Source: Anaerolineae bacterium (lineage in GTDB: Bacteria > Chloroflexota > Anaerolineae > UBA4142). From it: a DNA stretch of 64,000 nucleotides. A program made the translations under genes and the position numbers. Below, piece after piece: positions 54,740-63,842 of this stretch. Positions within the stretch are counted from its first letter, which is position 1, and the number at the start of each line of letters is the position of its first letter. The stretch lies in the NCBI GenBank assembly GCA_034433515.1, contig DAOUAL010000004.1, positions 48,697-112,696 on the forward strand, read 5' to 3'. Below the pieces are notes generated by a model. It saw only the letters and a program-made list of their open reading frames with translations. It searched no databases and was not told where the DNA came from.

Positions 54740-55633
54740 ATGAATGACATCAACATTGCCGTGGTACCGGTGGCTGGGCTAGGCACTCGCCTCTTACCTG
54801 CCACTAAATCCCAGCCCAAAGAAATGTTGCCCGTTGGTCGCAAGCCAGTCGTGCAGTACGTCGTTGAAGAAATGACCCGCGTGGGGATTCAACGTTTACT
54901 TTTTATCACGGGACCTGGCAAGACTTCGATTGAAAATTATTTCGATCTCAATCCGGAACTTATTCAAATGTTGCGTGAGACCGGCAAAGAGGAATTACTG
55001 GCCGAATTTGAATTTGAGCGCGCGCCGGTGCAGTACTTTTACACGCGCCAACGTCAATTGCTGGGACTCGGGCACGCGGTGCTCTGCGCCCAACCTTTTG
55101 TTGGCAACCAGCCCTTTGTCGTCGCGCTGGGCGATTCGATTATTGGGTTAAACGCGCAAAGCGATATTGTACGCCGAATGATTCACGCCTTTGAAACGAT
55201 GCAAGCCGATGCCGTGGTCGCCTTTGAGCAGGTGCCGCTGAACGAAGTCCACAACTATGGGATCGCCAAACCCAAGACGAACAGCGATGTGTTTGAAATC
55301 GCGGATGTCATTGAAAAGCCCAGTGCCGATGAAGCCCCCAGCAACCTTGCCATCGCCGCGCGCTATGTGTTCGCCCCCAAAATTTTCGATGCTCTCAAAC
55401 ACACCAAGCCGGGCAAGGGGGGTGAGATTCAACTCACCGATGCGATTCGTCTCATTGTGCAAAATGGCGGCAAGGTGTACGGGATGAAACTGGATGCGCA
55501 TGAACGGCGATACGATATTGGAAATTATGATTCCTACTTTCGTGCGTTTGTAGAATTTGCGCTTGCCGATGCGAAACACGGCACGGCATTACGCCAATTT
55601 GTAGAGCAGTGGATCCATGATCATCATTCGTAA
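54740..55633 (+). CDS. galU: UTP--sugar-1-phosphate uridylyltransferase (GalU family)
   Basis: [41 protein letters not shown] and YDIG. Confidence 0.9.
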   Translation: MNDINIAVVPVAGLGTRLLPATKSQPKEMLPVGRKPVVQYVVEEMTRVGIQRLLFITGPGKTSIENYFDLNPELIQMLRETGKEELLAEFEFERAPVQYFYTRQRQLLGLGHAVLCAQPFVGNQPFVVALGDSIIGLNAQSDIVRRMIHAFETMQADAVVAFEQVPLNEVHNYGIAKPKTNSDVFEIADVIEKPSADEAPSNLAIAARYVFAPKIFDALKHTKPGKGGEIQLTDAIRLIVQNGGKVYGMKLDAHERRYDIGNYDSYFRAFVEFALADAKHGTALRQFVEQWIHDHHS

Positions 55634-56633
55634 ACGCGCCTACGCGCGCGCCGGCTTGCTGGGCAACCCTTCTGACGGCTATCACGGTAAAACGATTTCG
55701 ATCAGCGTTCGCAATTTCTACGCCGAGGTTGTGCTGTACGAATGGGACACGCTGGAAATCATTTTGGCGGAAGATGACCGCGCGCGGTTTCATTCCATCT
55801 ACGATCTGGCGCGCGATGTCAAACTGCACGGCTATTACGGCGGCATTCGTCTGATCAAGGCAACGATCAAACGCTTTGTGGATTATTGCGAACGCAAGGG
55901 TTGGAAATTGCATGACCGCAATTTTTCGATTCGCTATCAAACCACGATTCCACGTCAAGTGGGACTTGCCGGTTCAAGCGGGCTGATTGTAGCCACCCTG
56001 CGTTGTCTGATGGAATTTTACGGCGTCGAAATTCCACGCGAGGTGCAACCCAGTCTGGTGCTCGCCGTCGAAAATGAAGAGTTGGGCATTGCGGCTGGGT
56101 TGCAAGATCGTGTGATCCAAGTGTACGAGGGCTTGGTCTATATGGATTTCGATAAGGCGTGCGAACGTCTGGTGGACGGATACAAGACCTATGTGTACGA
56201 CCCACTCGATCCAACGCTCTTACCGCCGCTCTATGTGTCGTATTCCGTCGCGTTGAGTGAGCCCACCGAAGTGTTTCATAACGATATTCGTGGTCGCTAC
56301 AATCGCGGCGAAGAACCAGTGGTCAAGGCGATGCAGCGGTTTGCCGAAATTGCCTCTCAGGGCCGTGAAGCCATCTTGCATCGAGAGGTGGATCGGTTGG
56401 CACAACTCATCAATGAAAATTTTGATACGCGGCGAAGTATTTACAACATCGCTCCTTGGCAAGTGCAGATGGTCGAGACGGCGCGTGCGTGTGGTGCCAG
56501 TGCGAAATTTGCCGGCTCCGGGGGTGCAATTATCGGAACATATCGCGACGAAGCCATGTTCGAGCGGCTGAGCGAGGCCATGGCAAAGATCGGTTGTGCG
56601 ACGATCAAGCCGGAAATCATTGCCACTCCCTAG
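55617..56633 (+). CDS. GHMP kinase, glucuronokinase-like
   Basis: [18 protein letters not shown] resembles plant glucuronokinase; also [17 protein letters not shown] and KFAGSGG. Confidence 0.8.
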   Translation: MIIIRKRAYARAGLLGNPSDGYHGKTISISVRNFYAEVVLYEWDTLEIILAEDDRARFHSIYDLARDVKLHGYYGGIRLIKATIKRFVDYCERKGWKLHDRNFSIRYQTTIPRQVGLAGSSGLIVATLRCLMEFYGVEIPREVQPSLVLAVENEELGIAAGLQDRVIQVYEGLVYMDFDKACERLVDGYKTYVYDPLDPTLLPPLYVSYSVALSEPTEVFHNDIRGRYNRGEEPVVKAMQRFAEIASQGREAILHREVDRLAQLINENFDTRRSIYNIAPWQVQMVETARACGASAKFAGSGGAIIGTYRDEAMFERLSEAMAKIGCATIKPEIIATP

Positions 56634-56636
56634 TCT

Positions 56637-57512
56637 ATGGTGACAAGCAAACAATATATTTTGCCGTTCGATTCTGAACAGGCGACGCTTGAGAATGCCG
56701 GCGGCAAAGGCGCGAATCTGGCGCGTCTGGTGCAAGCCGGCTTTCCAGTTCCAAACGGATTCATCATTGCGACGTCGGCGTACCGCGATTTTGTGAATGC
56801 CAACGCGCTCGATGAAACGATCCAGCGTGCGCTAGCCGATGTGCCTGAATCAGCTTCTGCTACCATTCGTCGAGCGTTTGAGCAAGGTGCAATACCTCAA
56901 GAACTGGCACAGGAAATTATTGCGGCGTATCATCGGCTAGGTCGCTCTGAACCGGGTGGCGCCGTTGCCGTTCGTTCATCGGCGACAACGGAGGATTTGC
57001 CGGGCTTGTCTTTTGCCGGGCAACACGAGTCGTTGCTCAATGTTGTTGGGGATGAGGCGTTGCTGCGCGGGGTGATCAAGTGTTGGGCAAGTTTGTGGAC
57101 GGCGCGCGCAATCGCTTATCGGGCGCGCAATCGAGTTGAGCACGATCGTGTCGCGCTGGCGGTGATTGTGCAAACGATGGTGCCCAGTGAATTTGCTGGC
57201 GTGTTGTTCACGGCGAATCCAATGACCGGCGCGCAGACCGAAATCGTGATTGAAGCCGTGCCGGGTTTGGGAGAAGCGTTGGTCAGCGGACAAGCCGAGC
57301 CGGATTTTTACATCGTGGATGGGGTGCGCAAAAAGATCGTAACGAAAACGCTCAGCGCGTACCGCCCAGCTGTGCCCGAGGCACACATCATCGAACTGGC
57401 AGACTTGGGCAAACGCGTGGCGGAAACGTTGGGTGCGCCGCAAGATATTGAATGGGCGTGGGCACGCGGCAAATTTTTCTTGTTGCAAGCGCGACCGATT
57501 ACCACGCTGTAA
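56637..57512 (+). CDS. Stand-alone PEP/pyruvate-binding (PPDK_N, ATP-grasp) domain protein
   Basis: GGKGANL, AVRSSATTEDL..LSFAGQHES, QDIEWA and LLQARPITT, then stop. No His-swivel domain. Confidence 0.8.
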   Translation: MVTSKQYILPFDSEQATLENAGGKGANLARLVQAGFPVPNGFIIATSAYRDFVNANALDETIQRALADVPESASATIRRAFEQGAIPQELAQEIIAAYHRLGRSEPGGAVAVRSSATTEDLPGLSFAGQHESLLNVVGDEALLRGVIKCWASLWTARAIAYRARNRVEHDRVALAVIVQTMVPSEFAGVLFTANPMTGAQTEIVIEAVPGLGEALVSGQAEPDFYIVDGVRKKIVTKTLSAYRPAVPEAHIIELADLGKRVAETLGAPQDIEWAWARGKFFLLQARPITTL

Positions 57513-57535
57513 AGGTCTTTGAATTCCACATGCTT

Positions 57536-57580
57536 TTTCCATCACCTCTCCATTATTTCTCCACACCATAGTTTTATGAT
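57536..57580 (+). promoter_or_regulatory. OmpR-family triple direct-repeat operator plus -10 box
   Basis: TTTCCAT/TCTCCAT/TCTCCAC at 11-bp period, then 10 nt and TATGAT. Confidence 0.65.
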
Positions 57581-57630
57581 GTGGGCAGACAAGCGGAACA
57601 ATCCGCGACAAAAATATAGGGAGGTGTAAA

Positions 57631-58200
57631 ATGAAAAAGTTGGTTGTGGTTGGTTCGATCGCGTTGTTCGTGGCGATCATCGGCGTGGCGATGCTGGGTG
57701 TGAATGCAGCATCGGCGCAGGGTCCCACGCCCCCGGCGTATGGGCGCACGTTGGGGATGGGCATGGGTGGATTCGGTGGCCCGCAAAACTCACTGGTCGC
57801 TGTGGCAGCTAAGGTTTTGGGGATGGATCAAACTGCCCTCGTCGCTGAACTCAACGCTGGGAAAACTATCGCCGATGTCGCCAAGGCGAAGAATGTGGCG
57901 GTGGACAAGATCGTAGAGGCGTTTGTGGCAGAGCGCGCCCAAGCGCTCAAAGCGGCAGTGGATGCCAAACGCATCACGCAAGCCCAAGCCGATGCCACGC
58001 TCGCGGCGATCAAGGCGCACGCTCAGCAAGATGTGAACGCCAAACTGACGCCGCATGCGTACGGTGTCGGGCGCGGTTATGGAATGGGACTCGGTTTCGT
58101 AGATGCGAACAATGACGGTATCTGCGATCATTGTGGCGCACAACCGCCCGCCGGTCAAGCCGGGCAATCCTTTGGACCCCGTGGCCGTTGGACGCGCTAA
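57631..58200 (+). CDS. Secreted Gly-rich helical protein with C-terminal DANNDGICDHC motif
   Basis: Signal peptide ending ASA, GGGAGG RBS, and a putative metal-binding DxxxDGxCDxC motif. Confidence 0.75.
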   Translation: MKKLVVVGSIALFVAIIGVAMLGVNAASAQGPTPPAYGRTLGMGMGGFGGPQNSLVAVAAKVLGMDQTALVAELNAGKTIADVAKAKNVAVDKIVEAFVAERAQALKAAVDAKRITQAQADATLAAIKAHAQQDVNAKLTPHAYGVGRGYGMGLGFVDANNDGICDHCGAQPPAGQAGQSFGPRGRWTR

Positions 58201-58210
58201 CCGGTTAGGT

Positions 58211-58244
58211 AATGCGACGCTCGTAAAGAGCGTCGCATTTTTTA
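58211..58244 (+). terminator. Intrinsic terminator
   Basis: AATGCGACGCTC-GTAAA-GAGCGTCGCATT followed by TTTT. Confidence 0.85.
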
Positions 58245-58264
58245 TTGGTTGCGCATTCACAAAT

Positions 58265-58309
58265 TTTCTATCGCTGCTCCATCACTTGTCCACATCATTT
58301 GAGTAGAAT
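58265..58309 (+). promoter_or_regulatory. Second OmpR-family triple direct-repeat operator plus -10 box
   Basis: TTTCTAT/GCTCCAT/TGTCCAC at 11-bp period, then 10 nt and TAGAAT; same geometry as 57536-57580. Confidence 0.65.
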
Positions 58310-58341
58310 AGCGTTAGAAAAAATCAAACGCAGGAGAAATC

Positions 58342-59268
58342 ATGTCCACGCAAAATCTGTATCTTGATTTCAAATCACCCAAGCCCCCGGCGATGGCACG
58401 GAAATACCGGATGGTCTGGACTGAACGAATTCGCCACCTGGTTCAGATGTTTTTCGCCGGATTCATTTTGTACACGAGTGTCGTTCACAACACGGCGACC
58501 ACTGAGGGCGCGACTGCCTCCATTGACGCCTTGTGCCCGTTCGGTGGTTTGGAAACGTTGTGGCGCTGGCTGGTCACCGGCGGACAGTACGTCTCCAAGA
58601 CGCACTTGTCCAACTTGGTGCTAGGGTTAGGGTTGCTCATTGGTGTGTTATTGGCAGGGGGCGCGTTTTGCGGTTGGGTTTGCCCATTCGGCGCGGTGCA
58701 AGATTTGCTTTCGTGGGTGCGTGCCAAACTGCACATCAAAGAAGTCCACGTGCCGGAGAAATTGGATCGCATCTTGCGCTATGGTCGCTTTGTGGTCCTT
58801 GCGTTCGTCCTCATTCAAACGATCACGCTCGTCAAACTCTGGTTCGCCGATTGGGATCCCTATCGAACTCTCTTTGGTTTGGGCTGGCTCTTTGAATTCA
58901 ATCTCGCTGAAGCGTGGGGCGCGTACTTGGTCGTCATCGTCATCCTCATCGCGTCCCTCTTTATCGAACGGGCTTGGTGTCGGTATCTGTGTCCGCTCGG
59001 TGGCGCGCTGAGTTTGTTGGGGAACCTATCATTGCTGCGGATTCGTCGCAATGGCGAAGCGTGCAAAGGATGCAACGTGTGCGAGAAACCTTGCCCGGTC
59101 AAATTGCCGGTCGCTACCGCTCACACGATCAGTGCCAACTGCATCGGTTGTCTGGCGTGTGTGGAAGCATGCCCGCGGCACGGCACACTAGAAGTACAGG
59201 TTGCACCCGCGTGGCTTGATGGGTTACGCCGATTGTTCAAGCGCAGTTCGATGACATCTCAAGTTTAA
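58342..59268 (+). CDS. Membrane 4Fe-4S binding protein (NapH/YccM/NosR-like polyferredoxin)
   Basis: CPFGGLE, FCGWVCPFG, WCRYLCPLG, CKGCNVCEKPCP and CIGCLACVEACP. Confidence 0.9.
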   Translation: MSTQNLYLDFKSPKPPAMARKYRMVWTERIRHLVQMFFAGFILYTSVVHNTATTEGATASIDALCPFGGLETLWRWLVTGGQYVSKTHLSNLVLGLGLLIGVLLAGGAFCGWVCPFGAVQDLLSWVRAKLHIKEVHVPEKLDRILRYGRFVVLAFVLIQTITLVKLWFADWDPYRTLFGLGWLFEFNLAEAWGAYLVVIVILIASLFIERAWCRYLCPLGGALSLLGNLSLLRIRRNGEACKGCNVCEKPCPVKLPVATAHTISANCIGCLACVEACPRHGTLEVQVAPAWLDGLRRLFKRSSMTSQV

Positions 59269-59283
59269 TCGGGAGAATTTAAA

Positions 59284-59958
59284 ATGCGTGTCCATCCATT
59301 CTTTATGCCGATGATTATCATCGGGGCATTGTTTGCAACTGTCTTCACCGCGCAAGCGATGGGTCAATGGTCAACAAGTGGCAAGACCTCTGTGGATCTC
59401 ACGAAACTCACACCCGCTGACATCAAGGGTTGGATGACGATTCAGCAAGTCAGTGAGGGGCTTGACGTTCCCCCTGAATGGGTGTACGAAGCCGGGAACA
59501 TTCCCGCCGATGTTCCCCCTACGACTGCCATGAAGGACCTGGAGAAACTTGTGCCCGGTTTTGAGACATCGGCGATGCGTGATGCGTTGACCGCTAGATT
59601 GAGTGGCACAACGGCGCCAAGTGTGGAATCTAGCGTTACGCCAACACCGGTTGCCACACCCAAACCAACCGGCGTCGTTGGCGCAACGGCGACTGCCAAA
59701 GCCGTAACAGGCGAAACGCATGCCACACCCACGCCGATTCCCGCCGGTCAAGCGATGCCTGCCGATCAAATCAAAGGCAAGCATACCCTCAAAGAAGTGA
59801 GTGAATTGTGTGCAGTACCCTTGGACAAGATTCTGGCGGGCTTGAAACTTGATCCCAAGACCGACCCGAATACGGCGATCAAGGACTTGATTTCCGCCGG
59901 CAAAATTTCTGAGGCAACCGATGTGCAAAAGGTGGTTGCCGATTTGCAGAAAAAATAA
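59284..59958 (+). CDS. Membrane-anchored hypothetical protein with a duplicated ~45-aa domain
   Basis: IKGWMTIQQVSE..VP...TAMKDL and IKGKHTLKEVSE..VP...TAIKDL separated by a Pro/Thr linker. Confidence 0.7.
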   Translation: MRVHPFFMPMIIIGALFATVFTAQAMGQWSTSGKTSVDLTKLTPADIKGWMTIQQVSEGLDVPPEWVYEAGNIPADVPPTTAMKDLEKLVPGFETSAMRDALTARLSGTTAPSVESSVTPTPVATPKPTGVVGATATAKAVTGETHATPTPIPAGQAMPADQIKGKHTLKEVSELCAVPLDKILAGLKLDPKTDPNTAIKDLISAGKISEATDVQKVVADLQKK

Positions 59959-59962
59959 AGAA

Positions 59963-60020
59963 TAAAACGTAAAGCGTAAAATAATCCGCCAGCATTTTAC
60001 GTTTTGCGCTTTACGCTTTA
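59963..60020. repeat. Inverted heptamer repeat overlapping the response-regulator promoter
   Basis: TAAAACG TAAAGCG ... TTTTACG TTTTGCG CTTTACG. Provides TTTACG (59996-60001), 17 bp before TATAAT (60019-60024). Confidence 0.7.
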
Positions 60021-60032
60021 TAATGATTACCA

Positions 60033-60755
60033 ATGGCTCAACGAATTCTTGTGGTAGATGACGATAAACAAATTGTCCGGCTGGTCTCTTCCTATCTGGA
60101 GCAAGCCGGCTATACGCTCTTGACGGCGTACGATGGTGAAGACGCGATGCGCATCATTCGCCGCGAGCGCCCCGATCTTATCGTGCTTGATCTAATGTTG
60201 CCCAAGCACGATGGTTATGAGATCACCAAATGGTTGCGCGCCGATCCTGCGCTGGCGGCGACGCCGATTCTGATGCTCACCGCGCGCGTGGAAGACAGCG
60301 ACAAGATTCTGGGTTTGGAACTGGGCGCAGACGATTACTTGACCAAGCCGTTCAACCCACGCGAAGTGGTTGCGCGCGTGCGAGCGATTCTGCGCCGCGC
60401 GATGGCGGGTCCCACCACGCCGCGCGTGTTGCAAGTGGGCGATCTAAAACTCGATGTGGATCGTCACGAGGTTACGCTGGCTGGGCGCACCATCGAAACA
60501 ACGCCCACCGAATTTGCCTTGCTCAAGACTTTGATGGAGAATCCCAATCGTGCCTTCACGCGGGGCGAGTTGATCGAGCAAGCCCTGGGTTATGCCTACG
60601 AAGGAATGGATCGCACGCTCGATAGTCACATCAAAAACTTGCGCAAGAAAATCGAAGAGGATCCCAGCGCGCCGCGTTACATCGAAACCGTGTTTGGCGT
60701 GGGTTATCGAATGAACGATATGTCTGACCCGAGTCCCAAGAAAGGTAAACGATGA
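60033..60755 (+). CDS. OmpR/PhoB-family response regulator
   Basis: VVDDD, VLDLMLP, GADDYLTKPF and wHTH RTLDSHIKNLRKK...TVFGVGY. Confidence 0.95.
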   Translation: MAQRILVVDDDKQIVRLVSSYLEQAGYTLLTAYDGEDAMRIIRRERPDLIVLDLMLPKHDGYEITKWLRADPALAATPILMLTARVEDSDKILGLELGADDYLTKPFNPREVVARVRAILRRAMAGPTTPRVLQVGDLKLDVDRHEVTLAGRTIETTPTEFALLKTLMENPNRAFTRGELIEQALGYAYEGMDRTLDSHIKNLRKKIEEDPSAPRYIETVFGVGYRMNDMSDPSPKKGKR

Positions 60756-62134
60756 ATCGTCTGTGGGTGCGGCTGGCATTGGCGTTTATTGTGGTCAATC
60801 TCATCGTGGTGCTGGCGATTGCTTGGCTCGCCGACACAAGTGCAACCAACCAATTTCAACAATATCTGATGCGCCAAGATATGCTGACGCAGATGGGCTT
60901 GGTGGATGAATTGGCGGCGTTGTATCAACGCACCGGGAATTGGGATGGGGCAAGTCAAGTGATCGCCGCTTACAATATGCCGATGATGCGCGGGCGGGGT
61001 GTGGGTGCCGGGATGATGGGACGCAATCAACCCACGGTACTGGTCGCGGATGCTCAAGGGCGCGTAGTGTACGATGAACGTAATCAACGGCTGGGGAGTG
61101 TGTTGAGCGCGGCAGAACGTGCGAATGGGCAAACCATCACGGTCAATGATCGCATTGTGGGCTATTTGATTTTGGAGCAACCCAGTCGCCGAGTTCTTGC
61201 ACCAACCGAACAAACTTTTCTTGATCAGTTGCGCCAAACCTTGGTGCTTGCCGGCTTGGCGGCGATCGGGTTGAGTATCGTTTTGGGTCTGCTCATCAGT
61301 CGTACGCTCGCCGCGCCGCTGGCGCATTTGGCGCAAGCCGCGCGCCAGTTTGCCGCGCGAGATTGGAATGTGCGTGTTCGCGTGCAAGGCGCGGATGAAA
61401 TCGCTGAGGTCGCGCGCGAATTCAACGCGATGGCAGACGAGATTCAGCGTGCCGAAACGTTGCGGCGAAATTTGATGGCAGACATTGCACACGAATTGCG
61501 GACACCACTCACCGTGTTGCAAGGCAACCTGAGCGCAATGCTCGATGGGGTGTATCCGCTCGAACGCGCGGAAATTGCCACGCTGTACGATGAAACTCGG
61601 TTGCTCCGTCGCTTGGTGGACGATTTGCGCGAACTTGCGCTGGCGGAAGCCGGGCAGTTGCACTTGGAATTGCAACCCACCGATCTTGCCCCGCTCATCG
61701 AATCAACTGGGGCGAGTTTTGCAGCAGTGGCGGAGATGCAAGATGTTCGTTTGAATGTCGAAGTAAAAAGTTTGCCCCGTGTGCAGGTGGATGCCGATCG
61801 GTTGGCGCAAGTTTTGCGCAACTTGATGTCCAATGCGTTGCGGCACACCCCTCAAGGCGGCCAGGTAACTCTCGCAGCGGTGGTTACCCAAGACCAAAAT
61901 GTGCGCGTGAGCGTCTCGGATACCGGCGAAGGTATTGCGCCGGAAGATTTGCCGCATGTGTTTGATCGCTTTTATCGCGGCGACAAGTCGCGGGCACGGA
62001 CAAGTGGCGGCACCGGTTTGGGGCTTGCGATTGCCAAAGCACTGGTGGAAGCGATGGGCGGCACCATCGGCGTAACGAGTGAAGTTGGACGCGGTACGCA
62101 GGTTTGGTTTACTTTGCCCCGTGCAGCCGAATGA
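60752..62134 (+). CDS. BaeS-like HAMP sensor histidine kinase
   Basis: Two TM helices, HAMP, DIAHELRTPL, NLMSNALRH, DTGEGI, FDRFYR and GTGLGLAI. Confidence 0.95.
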   Translation: MNRLWVRLALAFIVVNLIVVLAIAWLADTSATNQFQQYLMRQDMLTQMGLVDELAALYQRTGNWDGASQVIAAYNMPMMRGRGVGAGMMGRNQPTVLVADAQGRVVYDERNQRLGSVLSAAERANGQTITVNDRIVGYLILEQPSRRVLAPTEQTFLDQLRQTLVLAGLAAIGLSIVLGLLISRTLAAPLAHLAQAARQFAARDWNVRVRVQGADEIAEVAREFNAMADEIQRAETLRRNLMADIAHELRTPLTVLQGNLSAMLDGVYPLERAEIATLYDETRLLRRLVDDLRELALAEAGQLHLELQPTDLAPLIESTGASFAAVAEMQDVRLNVEVKSLPRVQVDADRLAQVLRNLMSNALRHTPQGGQVTLAAVVTQDQNVRVSVSDTGEGIAPEDLPHVFDRFYRGDKSRARTSGGTGLGLAIAKALVEAMGGTIGVTSEVGRGTQVWFTLPRAAE

Positions 62135-62141
62135 GAGCACC

Positions 62142-63842
62142 TCAAGATTTTTCACGCACTAGCCACCGCACTTGATACGGCGTGAGTGTCAACGCGCGCG
62201 TCGCCTCGCACAATTCCCCCGTGAGCAAATCTTTCCATCGTCCTCTCATCTCCACCGCGCGCGTTTGCGCCGAGACGTTGTGCAAACACAACACTTGATC
62301 GCCGCGCCACAACGCAAACACCGCCGCGTCGAGATCGAGCACGCGCATCTCCCCGTACGGATCGAACGCGGGCTGTGCCGCGCGCGCGCGGAGAAGATGC
62401 GCGAGGCGTGCAAAGACACGATGTCGCAATGATGTTGGATCATTCAATTCACGTTCGAGCGCGGCGCGTCCCAATTTCTCCCTATTGATCGTACGATTCT
62501 GTCCGGTCTGCGCAACGCCCGCGCGCCAACTGCGCGAACCGAACAAACTGTGAAAGTAAATTCCCGGCACACCGACTAGCGCGAGCATGATCGCGTGCGC
62601 GCAAACGAAACGATCAATCTGGGTGTCGAGCGATTCATCGGCGTACGGATTGTTGAGCGCGTCGAAATAATTGATGTTCAGCTCGTACGGGCTGGACGTG
62701 CCATCGGGATTGTTTTTGTACGAGACGAGTCCGCCGTGCGCGGCGACGCGCGCCACGAGCGCGTCAATCTCGTCGTCGCGCAAGATGTCGCGCGCGGGAT
62801 TCAAGCCGATGCCATCGTGCGAGGCGAGGAAATTGAAGAACGTTACTTGTTTCGATGGCAGCGTCAACGTGCTTGCCCAGCGCGAGAGCGCGCGCGCATC
62901 GCCCGTGTGAAACGCGTGCAGCGTCAGCGGCGGCAAGGCAAAGTTGTAAACCAAGTGCGCTTCGTTCGTCCCATCGCCAAAGTACGAGACATTGTCCGCG
63001 TGTGGCACGTTCGTTTCGGTGATGAGAATCGTTTGCGGCGCAACCGCGTCCACAATCGCGCGTACAAGTTGAATGATGCGATGCGTCTGCGGCAAGTGCA
63101 AACATGTTGTGCCGAACTCTTTCCACAAAAACGCGATGGCGTCCAAGCGAAGCCAACTCGCGCCATGCGCGAGATAGAACAACAACGTCTCGATGATCTC
63201 GACGAGTACATCGGGATTGCGATAGTTGAGATCAATCTGATCCGCACTGAACGTCGTCCACACATTCTTCGCGCCGCTCGGTGTTGCAAAGCGTGTGAGC
63301 AAGGGCAGCGCGCGCGGGCGAATCACACGCGAGACATCCGCGCCCTCGGGGACGACGATGAACCAATCACGATAGCGCGGATCGTCGCGCAAGAATCCTT
63401 GAAACCACGCGCTCTGCGCGGAGACGTGATTGATCACTGCATCGAACATCAAACGAAAGCAGGGGCGCGTCTCACACTCGCCCCCGACGCGCGCGACATC
63501 GTTCCAATCGCCAAACGCGGGATTGACCGCGCGATAATCTATTACCGAAAAACCATCGTCCGACGAGTACGGATAGAACGGCAGGATGTGAATCGTGCTG
63601 ACAACATCGCGCAAATGCGCGGCGCAAAAATCGGCGAGCGTTTGCAAGGGCGGTGCGTTCGGTGCGCGCACTTGATCGGGGTAGGTGATGAGGACGGCGT
63701 CGCGTTGCGTGAGAGACGACGAAGGACGAACGCCGAAGGACGAACGATGCGCATTTTCGATGAGCGGCGCGAGGCGCGCAAACGTCGCGCGACCTAGTTC
63801 GTCGCCGTAAAGCGCGATGAGGTGGTCCAGGATTTTATTCAA
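62142..63842 (-). CDS. GH13_18 sugar phosphorylase (glucosylglycerate/sucrose phosphorylase family)
   Basis: SSDDGFSV, WTTFSADQIDLNY, RLDAIAFLWK, ITETNVP, FLASHDGIGLNP and YELNINY. TTG start overlaps the upstream TGA. Confidence 0.9.
   Translation of the reverse strand: MNKILDHLIALYGDELGRATFARLAPLIENAHRSSFGVRPSSSLTQRDAVLITYPDQVRAPNAPPLQTLADFCAAHLRDVVSTIHILPFYPYSSDDGFSVIDYRAVNPAFGDWNDVARVGGECETRPCFRLMFDAVINHVSAQSAWFQGFLRDDPRYRDWFIVVPEGADVSRVIRPRALPLLTRFATPSGAKNVWTTFSADQIDLNYRNPDVLVEIIETLLFYLAHGASWLRLDAIAFLWKEFGTTCLHLPQTHRIIQLVRAIVDAVAPQTILITETNVPHADNVSYFGDGTNEAHLVYNFALPPLTLHAFHTGDARALSRWASTLTLPSKQVTFFNFLASHDGIGLNPARDILRDDEIDALVARVAAHGGLVSYKNNPDGTSSPYELNINYFDALNNPYADESLDTQIDRFVCAHAIMLALVGVPGIYFHSLFGSRSWRAGVAQTGQNRTINREKLGRAALERELNDPTSLRHRVFARLAHLLRARAAQPAFDPYGEMRVLDLDAAVFALWRGDQVLCLHNVSAQTRAVEMRGRWKDLLTGELCEATRALTLTPYQVRWLVREKS
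63714..63748. repeat. Heptamer tandem repeat inside the phosphorylase CDS
   Basis: AGACGAC GAAGGAC GAACGCC GAAGGAC GAACGAT; same family as the gap-pgk array. Confidence 0.65.
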
